Positions 45,852 through 52,886 of a stretch of DNA of 52,886 bases are shown one piece after another (position 1 is the first letter of the stretch; each line of letters starts with the position of its first letter). The notes beneath the pieces are model-generated. The model made no database searches. It saw only the letters and a program-made list of their open reading frames with translations, and was not told the origin of the DNA. This DNA is from an uncultured Xanthomonas sp. (GTDB taxonomy: Bacteria; Pseudomonadota; Gammaproteobacteria; Xanthomonadales; SZUA-5), in NCBI GenBank assembly GCA_964561825.1, contig CAZLSB010000002.1:1-52886 (forward strand), read 5' to 3'. A program made the translations under genes and the position numbers.

Positions 45852-46967
45852 CTACGCCGCATACACTGCCCCCAGCACGCGCGGTCCGCGCGCGCCGGTG
45901 ACGGCGATGCAGTTGCCCGGCTTATTGGCCAGCGTCTGTTGGGCGAGCCACGCAAAAGCGGCTGCTTCGACAAAATCTGGGTCTAGTCCATGTTGCGCGG
46001 TGGTTTCCAGCGCGCAGTGCTGTCCCAGACTGATGCTTAAGGTCTGCGCCAAGCGTTCCATCAGCTGCTGGTTATGCACGCCGCCGCCGCAAGCAATAAC
46101 GCGCTTGGTTAACGGTGCGTGCTGGGCCAGCGCATCGGCGATGGTGCGGGCGGATAGTTCGAGCAGCGTGGCTTGCACGTCGGCTGGCGGCAGTTGTGCG
46201 TGCTGCGCTAAGTGCTGGTCTAGCCATTGCAGATGAAAATGCTCGCGTCCGGTGCTTTTGGGCAAGGCACGGGCGAAATAATGGTCTGCCCTTAAAGTAT
46301 TCAGTAAGGCCGCGTTGACCACGCCAGCACGCGCGAATTCGCCATTTTCATCACGCGGCTGTCCCAGGTGACGCTGCGCCCAAGCATCGAGCAGGCAATT
46401 GGCGGGTCCGGTGTCAAAACCCCGCACCGGCAGACCGGCTTGCAGCAGGGTGTAGTTGCCAATACCACCGAGATTGAGAATCGCGCGTGCCTCGTCAGGC
46501 TTGGCAAACAAGTCGGCATGCAGCGCACACACCAACGGCGCACCTTGGCCGCCGGCGGCGATATCGCGCCGGCGAAAATCGGCAACGGTGGTGATGCCGG
46601 TGCGTTCGGCAATGCGATTGGGGTCGCCAATCTGCAGCGTAAACGGATAGTGATTCCACGGCCGATGGCGTACCGTCTGTCCGTGCGAGCCTAGCGCGCG
46701 GATCTGATCTGGCCGAACGCCGGCTTGCCGCAGCAGATCCAGCGCGGCGTCGCCGAAGGCCTCGCCGATCTGCGCATCCAATTCACCGTATGTATCAATA
46801 GGTAATTGATCGGCATGCATTAGGGCTAAAGTGCGTTGCCGCACATCGGCCGGATACGGAAAGGTGCAAGCTGCAAGCAACACGAGCTGCGGCTCAAAAT
46901 GGAGCAAAGCCACATCAATCCCATCTGCACTGGTTCCGGAAATCAGCCCCAGATACAGATCTGTCAT
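45852..46967 (-). CDS. anmK: Anhydro-N-acetylmuramic acid kinase
   Basis: The N-terminus LYLGLISGTSADGIDVAL and the motif NLGGIGN are present. ATG at 46967; the track ORF starts at GTG 46973. Confidence 0.9.
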   Translation of the reverse strand: MTDLYLGLISGTSADGIDVALLHFEPQLVLLAACTFPYPADVRQRTLALMHADQLPIDTYGELDAQIGEAFGDAALDLLRQAGVRPDQIRALGSHGQTVRHRPWNHYPFTLQIGDPNRIAERTGITTVADFRRRDIAAGGQGAPLVCALHADLFAKPDEARAILNLGGIGNYTLLQAGLPVRGFDTGPANCLLDAWAQRHLGQPRDENGEFARAGVVNAALLNTLRADHYFARALPKSTGREHFHLQWLDQHLAQHAQLPPADVQATLLELSARTIADALAQHAPLTKRVIACGGGVHNQQLMERLAQTLSISLGQHCALETTAQHGLDPDFVEAAAFAWLAQQTLANKPGNCIAVTGARGPRVLGAVYAA

Positions 46968-46980
46968 CACCACGCCAAAA

Positions 46981-48441
46981 TCAGCGAGCTACTGCCAGTG
47001 CCTGATCTTCAACCACGCCTAGTGCTAAGGCATAACCACCTTGCGCTTTCTTGAAGGCGGCCAGTTCGCCCCCGGTCAGCGGCTCTGCTTTGGGCAAGGT
47101 CACTGTGAGCGGATCGACGTGCACGCCTTTGACGCGGAATTCGTAGTGCAAATGCGGCCCGGTCGCAAGGCCGCTCATGCCTACGTAACCGATCAGTGCA
47201 CCCTGCTGAATCTTCTCACCACGGGTCACCTTGGCAAATCGCGACATATGGCCATACAGCGTTGAGGTGTCCTTGCCATGCTGGATTTCGACCGTGCGAC
47301 CATAGCCACTCTTGTTCCCTACGAAGGTAATCGTGCCGTTTCCGGCCGCACGAATCGGCGTACCAGTAGGCGCTGCATAGTCGACGCCCTTGTGGGCGCG
47401 CATGCGGCCCAGAATGGGGTGTTTGCGCGCTGACGAGAAGCGGCTGGAAATGCGGGTGAATTCGACCGGCGTGCGAATGAAGGCCTTGCGCAGGCTGCGG
47501 CCGTCGCTGCCATAAAAATCTTGGCGGCCATCACTGCCGGTGTAGCGGAATGCCTCAAAACGTTTGCCCTGATTGACGAATACCGCGGCCAAAATGTCGC
47601 CATCCCGTAGACGCACGCCATCGCGATAAATGGATTCGTAGACCACCGCAAAGCGATCACCCTCACGCAAGTCCTGGGCGAAGTCGATGTCGAAATTGAA
47701 CACCTCCGCGAGTCGCAGAATTTGCAGATCGCTCATGCCCGCCGCGTCACCCGCACCAAACAGAGAACCGGTGATCACCGCGCTGCCATATTGGGTGCGG
47801 CGCTCCAGCTGACGCTCAATGACGCGCTCGGTGAGTTTGTTACCTTGCACTTCGATGAAGATGCGCTGCGTTTCGCTGCGATCGAACTGCATCGCGGTCA
47901 ATTTGCCGGCGCTCGGAATACGGAAAGCGATCTGGTCACCCGGATGAATTTGGGTCAGGGCGCGTACGCTCTCGCTTTGATCGAGTAGCTGATGCATCAC
48001 GGTTGACGCCAAGCCTAAGCGCCCAAAGATATTGCCCAAGGTCTCGTTACGCCGCACGGTAACCACTTGCCAACCGGCTTCCGCGTCACTGGCCAGATAA
48101 AGATCAGATTCTAGGGCGCTCACCGGTTGTTGTTGCGCAGAGACATCTGCTGCGTCATCCGGCGCGGGCAGTTCCAGCGGAATCGACAATTGCTTCGCAA
48201 TCGGATCGGGGCGCGTCACGCTGGCAAATACCGGCAACACCACCATGCCGACCAACGCCACCAATGCGGCTGCGCTGGCCCCTAAAGTGACGCCACGCCG
48301 TTTTGAATTGAATATCGCACCTAGCGTTCGCATTAGACGCGCCAACGGCTTGAGGCGGACCGAACGCTGCTGGTAATGGCGGCGAACGGCCTGTCCGCGC
48401 GCGCCACTTCGTCGATGTTGCCAGTCAGGCTGATAGATCAT
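46981..48441 (-). CDS. M23 family murein endopeptidase (MepM/YebA-like, N-terminal anchor plus OapA/LysM-like region)
   Basis: Contains HKGVDYAAPTGTPIRAAGNGTI....GYGRTVEIQHG....LYGHMS and GPHLHYEF. ATG at 48441; the track uses TTG 48453. Confidence 0.88.
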   Translation of the reverse strand: MIYQPDWQHRRSGARGQAVRRHYQQRSVRLKPLARLMRTLGAIFNSKRRGVTLGASAAALVALVGMVVLPVFASVTRPDPIAKQLSIPLELPAPDDAADVSAQQQPVSALESDLYLASDAEAGWQVVTVRRNETLGNIFGRLGLASTVMHQLLDQSESVRALTQIHPGDQIAFRIPSAGKLTAMQFDRSETQRIFIEVQGNKLTERVIERQLERRTQYGSAVITGSLFGAGDAAGMSDLQILRLAEVFNFDIDFAQDLREGDRFAVVYESIYRDGVRLRDGDILAAVFVNQGKRFEAFRYTGSDGRQDFYGSDGRSLRKAFIRTPVEFTRISSRFSSARKHPILGRMRAHKGVDYAAPTGTPIRAAGNGTITFVGNKSGYGRTVEIQHGKDTSTLYGHMSRFAKVTRGEKIQQGALIGYVGMSGLATGPHLHYEFRVKGVHVDPLTVTLPKAEPLTGGELAAFKKAQGGYALALGVVEDQALAVAR

Positions 48442-48561
48442 GGATGCCGCCAATCGTCGGAAACGGGGCGAACATATCCATTTGCATCGACGGCGTCAAA
48501 GCTTAAATTGGTGTTAATGCCACAGCTGTGGCGTCAGCGCAACAATCCGGCCTAAACGCGC

Positions 48562-49101
48562 TTACCTTTTGAGTGCCGATTCAATGTCCGCGCGCAACTC
48601 AGGTTCGTGATACTCGCCCAGTTTGCGGGTGTGCAAGCGGCCTTGCCGATCGACGATGACGGTAAACGGCAGGGCGTCACGATCGTTGCCAAAGGCGCGC
48701 ATCAGCGCGAAATCGCTAAATGACGCCAGCATGATCGGATAATCAATAGCCATTTCGCCGGCAAATTTGCGCACCGCTTCTGGCTCGTCCAGCGCTACTC
48801 CCAATATTTCGACGTGCTGTGCGCCGAATTCTTTGCCGAGCGCCTGTAGCACGGGGATTTCGCGACGACACGGCGCGCACCACGGCGCCCAAAAGTTAAT
48901 CACTTGCACCCGGCCCAGCGCTTGCGAGCGGCGCTGCATAGCACCGTCCAGCGTAGGTAACTCAAAATCAATCGCAGGCGCGCCGATCGCCAAACTTCCG
49001 GGCGGTGGATTGAGGCCAAACCACGCGTGACTGGCCCACAAACCACCCGCGCCCGCGCCTAGCGCCGCGATCAGGATCAGCGCTTGGGTTTTGCCACTCA
49101 C
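48562..49101 (-). CDS. TlpA/ResA-type periplasmic thiol:disulfide oxidoreductase
   Basis: 179 aa. It has an N-terminal anchor and the thioredoxin motif WAPWCAPCRRE. Its start overlaps the dsbD stop by 4 nt. Confidence 0.85.
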   Translation of the reverse strand: MSGKTQALILIAALGAGAGGLWASHAWFGLNPPPGSLAIGAPAIDFELPTLDGAMQRRSQALGRVQVINFWAPWCAPCRREIPVLQALGKEFGAQHVEILGVALDEPEAVRKFAGEMAIDYPIMLASFSDFALMRAFGNDRDALPFTVIVDRQGRLHTRKLGEYHEPELRADIESALKR

Positions 49102-51305
49102 CGCTTGGCTGCCCAGGCCAATGCCTCACTGACGCGGTTCCTGGTCAACAATGTCGGCAGCACTTTGGGCGCTTCGTCATTGGCCGGAAAGACCACGTAC
49201 AGCGGCACACCGACCGCCTTGTGCGTTTGCAGGAATGCGCTAATCGCCGGATCCTCATTGGTCCAATCACCCTTCAGATAGACCACAGCATACGTCTTCA
49301 GCGCAGCGTGAAAATCGTCTGTCGATAAAACCAGGCGTTCATTGACTTTGCAGGTAGCGCACCAATCGGCGGTCATATTGACAAAAACCGGTTGACCCGC
49401 GGCCTGCAAACTTGCCAGTCGCGCGGCGCTATAGACCTCAGATACATCGTTCGCTGGCCTTCGATTGCCAATCGCCGAAGCATCTAAGCCGGCGATAAAA
49501 CGCAGTGGCCAGAGCGCCACGGCAAGCAGGATCAGCACCAAGCCCCAGCGGCGCAGCGAGGAGTGCGCTCGATGCCGCTCAAACCACCATAAAGCCATCG
49601 CCAACGCCACACCACCTGCCAACACCGCCCCGGCGCCGTCCATGCCCACTTGGTGGCCTAGCACCCACAATAACCAAACGCCGGTCAGGTACATCGGAAA
49701 CGCGAGTGCCTGTTTCAGCGTTTCCATCCACGCGCCGGGGCGCGGCAGGCGCTTGGCCAAACCCGGCACAAAACCAATCAGCAAAAATGGCAAGGCCAAG
49801 CCCAAGCCCAAAGCCAAGAAAATGGACAAGGCCCAGATCGGCGGCTGCGCAATCGCGTAGGCGAGTGCGCCACCCATGAATGGCGCCGTGCACGGACTGG
49901 CAACCACACAGGCCAGCACGCCGGTAAAAAACGCGCCCTTGGCGCCCTCGTCTTCGGTCAGATTTTGGCCAAGTCCGCCCCACGACGCACCAAAGGCGAT
50001 GACGCCCGACATCGATAGTCCAATCGCCAACATCACGTAGACCAGCAAGCCGACAAATGCCGGTTGCTGCAACTGAAAGCCCCAGCCGAGCGCGGCTCCA
50101 CCGCTACGCAGCGCCAATATCGCCATGCCCAACAGCGCGAACGACACCAACACACCCGCCGTGTACCACAGGGCGTGGCGACGCGCGTAACTAGCGTCGT
50201 GGGCGCCCTGCGCCAGGCCCAGCGCCTTTAACGACAGAATGGGCAGCACGCAGGGCATCAGGTTGAGAATGAGCCCGCCAAGTAAGGCGGCCAACAAGGC
50301 TGCCAAGATGCCCATCGGCGCATCGACAGGCGTTTTCGTACCGACTTGCGCGGTGATTGCGGTCGCCTGGGCGCCCTGCCCGGCGGGCAAATCGATTGCC
50401 ACGCTGCGCCGCATGATGGGGTAACAAATGCCATGGTCCTTGCAGCCTTGATATTCGGCATCCAAGGTGAAGGTTTGCGCGGCGCTGCTGTCGCGTACCA
50501 CCGGCACGGGCAGCTCGATGGACTCGAAATAGACCTGCACTTGTCCGAAGTGCGCGTCTTCATGCGCTTGCGCGGCAGGCCATTGCGGTCTGTTGAGCGT
50601 GATGCCAGCAGTGCTGCTGTGCAGACGTGTTTTGTCGCGATACAAATAGTAACCAGGCGCGATGATGAAGCGCGCCAGGATTTGATCGGATGAGGTTGCG
50701 ATCGCCTCGAAGCGAAAGGCCTGATCTTCCGGCAACGCGTCCTGCGTGCCACCGACCAGACCGACCGTTGCGCTCGGCGTGCCAAAATTGAGCGCGCCAA
50801 CCGCAGGCGTCGGGCGGGGCCATGCATCTGGCACCGCGGCGCCGGGATTGTTACTCGGCGGCAGCGGCACACTCAGCCGCGTGCGCTGTGGCGGATAACA
50901 CACACCGACATCCGCGCAACCTTGGAAGCGCACCTCCAGATCCAAACTTTCGATCGCTGCTGGCAACGCTGGCAAGGGCTGGCTGATGCTCAGCGATTGT
51001 CGATAGGTTTCGACCTCACCGAAGAATTCATCGGTCTTTGGTTCACCATCGGGCACCTGGAAGGCCGGCAAGGCCGGTTCACCGCCCACCACGGCCACAC
51101 CCAGTCGATGCCGATACAAATAGTAGCCATCGGCGATTACAAAGCGCAGCTGCAAGCCCTCGCGCGTGGGCGCCTCGACAGACAGCACAAACGCTTGCTC
51201 AACGGGCAGTAATTCGGATTCATCCACCGCGGCCAGCGCGCTAGCGCCGCTCAGCACCAATCCAAAAAATGCCAGGCAACGCCATAGCGAGGAAACAGAA
51301 GTCAT
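49098..51305 (-). CDS. dsbD: Thiol:disulfide interchange protein DsbD with a duplicated N-terminal (alpha) domain
   Basis: Two consecutive alpha-like modules are present: QAFVL..DGYYLYR..DEFFG..FQGCADVGVCYPP and QAFRF..PGYYLYR..DAHFG..YQGCKDHGICYPI. They are followed by a TM core (MPCVLP, ASPCTAP) and a C-terminal thioredoxin domain (ADWCATCK). ATG at 51305. Confidence 0.88.
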   Translation of the reverse strand: MTSVSSLWRCLAFFGLVLSGASALAAVDESELLPVEQAFVLSVEAPTREGLQLRFVIADGYYLYRHRLGVAVVGGEPALPAFQVPDGEPKTDEFFGEVETYRQSLSISQPLPALPAAIESLDLEVRFQGCADVGVCYPPQRTRLSVPLPPSNNPGAAVPDAWPRPTPAVGALNFGTPSATVGLVGGTQDALPEDQAFRFEAIATSSDQILARFIIAPGYYLYRDKTRLHSSTAGITLNRPQWPAAQAHEDAHFGQVQVYFESIELPVPVVRDSSAAQTFTLDAEYQGCKDHGICYPIMRRSVAIDLPAGQGAQATAITAQVGTKTPVDAPMGILAALLAALLGGLILNLMPCVLPILSLKALGLAQGAHDASYARRHALWYTAGVLVSFALLGMAILALRSGGAALGWGFQLQQPAFVGLLVYVMLAIGLSMSGVIAFGASWGGLGQNLTEDEGAKGAFFTGVLACVVASPCTAPFMGGALAYAIAQPPIWALSIFLALGLGLALPFLLIGFVPGLAKRLPRPGAWMETLKQALAFPMYLTGVWLLWVLGHQVGMDGAGAVLAGGVALAMALWWFERHRAHSSLRRWGLVLILLAVALWPLRFIAGLDASAIGNRRPANDVSEVYSAARLASLQAAGQPVFVNMTADWCATCKVNERLVLSTDDFHAALKTYAVVYLKGDWTNEDPAISAFLQTHKAVGVPLYVVFPANDEAPKVLPTLLTRNRVSEALAWAAKR

Positions 51306-51513
51306 AGGCAGCAAACTCGGATGGGCGACGTGCAGCCCGCATCAGACTCGCAAGCGCCTACAAAGGTTCCTGTTGAATAAGGCGCTGCGATGAGCGGTTG
51401 GGTTTCGCGCGCCATCGAATGGCGTCGAACGCCCAAGGGAACCTCTGCACAAGGTCGTCGTTGGGAGCGCTCTTTTTCAGCCCAAAAAAGCACGCGGATG
51501 AATCTCACCACAC

Positions 51514-51631
51514 GGATCGAGCCGAGTGGGTTCGACCTGCGCTTCATCGGTCGACCGCTTTTGGCCGTTGGAGCGTTGAAGAGTCCGCGCGCAGCGCGGA
51601 CCCAGCGTCGAAGCTTCGCGCCACTGTCAAT
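51514..51631 (+). repeat. Dispersed intergenic repeat, family R2 (copy B)
   Basis: This is the best-conserved partner of 11281..11394. It contains the perfect hairpin GTCCGCGC-gca-GCGCGGAC. Confidence 0.8.
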
Positions 51632-52142
51632 AGTTTCTGTCGAATTCGGTACCGCGCCGTTCGACAAATTGCCGGTATTCCTTGACCAATTGGATCGCCC
51701 CTTCAGGACTCCGTCACGCATGGCAAGCCGACCCAGGGCGCTGCGTCCCGTGAGGGGGGAGGCAATATCAGCCCCGCGCTATGCGAGTGGTGTGCTCGGT
51801 CTCGGGAGTCGTAGACCCGTCGCATGGACGGATGTGTTCAGCAGCGCCACAGAATTTGAGTGCCACGCCGGCAACATCATGGCCGGCGTCGCGCTAAAGG
51901 GCACGTAAGCCAAATAGCGTTGCGTTCAGTTTTTGTGGGTTCGGACTTGACCGAACGCTTTTGCGGTTGCGGTGGTTCCTGCCGTGCTTGCAGAACGCAG
52001 GACAAGCCAAAGCAGAAGCGTTTGGACAAGTGTGAACCCAGTGCTCCCGTGAAGGCGTGCACATCGCACGGTTAAGGTCCGTGCCGGTGTCGCAGCGCTG
52101 CGGAACGGTTCAGAGGGCGGGGAGGCGCGAGCCTAACCCCTA

Positions 52143-52229
52143 TCATCCTAGAAACCTCAGTTGACCTCTTCCTATCACCCATAACACCATGATTCTTTGG
52201 ACTTTTCAGCACTTTGATCGGTTCACCTA
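52143..52229. repeat. Right copy of the 87-bp inverted repeat (partner of 1..87)
   Basis: See feature 1..87: 77/87 identity, gapless, opposite orientation. Confidence 0.85.
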
Positions 52230-52547
52230 TTGGGTGAGTCCGCTAGCGGGCAGATTGCACGGTTCTGGGGGGGGTGAGAACCGGCGCCTTGCGCCGCATG
52301 CGGCGCGCCGGTTCGCACGCCAGCTTGCGGGCCGGGGGCCGGGACATGGCTGCGTTGCAACTCGTTGGAATAGCAGAGCTATTCGTCCGGCGACATGGAA
52401 ACCCGATTCATCGCCCGCTTGGGCGCAGTTTGTTGCGGCTTGGGCTGGCGCGCGGGCCAGCGATCGGGAGGCCTTGGTGCAGATATGCGGGTGTTTGACG
52501 CACAACTGCGAAGGTGCGGTGCGTGTTTACCCGGGTCCTCATAGCAT

Positions 52548-52664
52548 GGATCGAGCCGTGGGGGGTTCAACCTGCATTTCATCGGTCGAACGCTTTCGGC
52601 CGCTGGTGCGCTAAAGAGCCCTGCGCGTGACTGACCGCGCTTTGTCCCTCGCTCTGCTAGCAAT
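52548..52664 (+). repeat. Dispersed intergenic repeat, family R2 (copy C, more diverged)
   Basis: GGATCGAGCCGTGGGGGGTTCAACCTGCATTTCATCGGTCGAACGCTTTCGGCCGCTGG... aligns colinearly with copies A and B. Confidence 0.65.
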
Positions 52665-52666
52665 CA

Positions 52667-52697
52667 CCAGTGAGCGCGAGTGCATCGCGCTCACTGG
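52667..52697. terminator. Strong stem-loop downstream of the partial minus-strand gene (13-bp perfect stem, 5-nt loop)
   Basis: CCAGTGAGCGCGA-gtgca-TCGCGCTCACTGG lies 12 nt from the stop at 52709. TTT follows it on the + strand. Confidence 0.6.
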
Positions 52698-52708
52698 TTT
52701 ACCGACAA

Positions 52709-52886
52709 CTACGGATTGCGTGAATCAAACACCACGACATCTTGCGGATTGCGGATCGTGAAGTACTGACCGGTTACGCCATCGCCATAGGTGGGAAAGC
52801 CCAACGTGCGGATTTTCACGTTCTGACTAACCGCCATGCAGAACGACACCTCGGTGGGGTTGTTGCCATCAATGACGCCACCGACC
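52709..52886 (-). CDS. 3' end of an unidentified protein-coding gene (partial; continues beyond the window)
   Basis: The frame is open from the window edge to TAG (complement of 52709..52711) and translates ...VGGVIDGNNPTEVSFCMAVSQNVKIRTLGFPTYGDGVTGQYFTIRNPQDVVVFDSRNP*. Third positions are G/C-rich like the other genes. It is absent from the ORF track because it has no start inside the window. Confidence 0.6.
   Translation of the reverse strand, partial: VGGVIDGNNPTEVSFCMAVSQNVKIRTLGFPTYGDGVTGQYFTIRNPQDVVVFDSRNP

Noticed and set aside
51523-51540. GGGTTCGACC-like segments in the R1 and R2 repeats resemble a tRNA T-arm.
   Set aside because: The flanking bases cannot form the T-stem or an acceptor stem, and no anticodon arm could be drawn. 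I found no tRNA gene anywhere in the window.
51767-51775. The minus strand reads GGGGCTGAT, like the 5' end of tmRNA.
   Set aside because: Similarity ends after 9 nt. There is no tRNA-like T-arm or CCA-proximal acceptor partner about 350 nt downstream on that strand.
51390-51908. A 172-aa ORF in the dsbD-upstream desert, together with 51302..51721, 52189..52614 and 52379..52663.
   Set aside because: They run through copies of repeats R2 and the 87-bp repeat. They are low-complexity and Arg/Pro-rich, and I found no ribosome-binding sites or recognisable motifs. They are most likely non-coding.

Overview
This is a 52.9-kb, GC-rich chromosomal segment from a Gram-negative bacterium. Gene content suggests a gammaproteobacterium of the Xanthomonadales/Lysobacterales type, but that is inference only: no search was run and all calls rest on motifs read from the ORF track and the DNA. 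Most of the window is core housekeeping: prc, lipB-lipA, two secreted peptidases, slyD, glnA-ntrB-ntrC with a recognisable sigma-54 promoter and NtrC sites, rsmG, rpoH, secB-gpsA, a 1645-aa NAD-glutamate dehydrogenase, ubiA, acs, anmK, an M23 peptidase and tlpA-dsbD. The best candidate for an undescribed system is a translationally coupled pair at 28481..33957. It encodes a 1351-aa DUF2339-like polytopic membrane protein and a 474-aa DUF3999-like exported, C-terminally anchored partner, and neither family has an assigned function. Other non-routine content: (a) a usp / TraR-DksA zinc finger / OmpR regulator / PAS hybrid kinase operon convergent with an fnr-receiver operon, with an FNR-type palindrome upstream; (b) a frameshifted, truncated ammonia-lyase plus an exporter N-terminal fragment between gdhB and ubiA, next to an intact flavin halogenase; (c) two dispersed intergenic repeat families; (d) an 87-bp inverted repeat pair sitting at both ends of the window; (e) a 1.4-kb gene-free tract; (f) in-frame and promoter-proximal microsatellite-like repeats; (g) a DsbD with a duplicated N-terminal domain. 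I saw no CRISPR array, tRNA/rRNA gene, transposase or phage gene. Coordinates of repeats and motifs were indexed by hand and may be off by a base or two.
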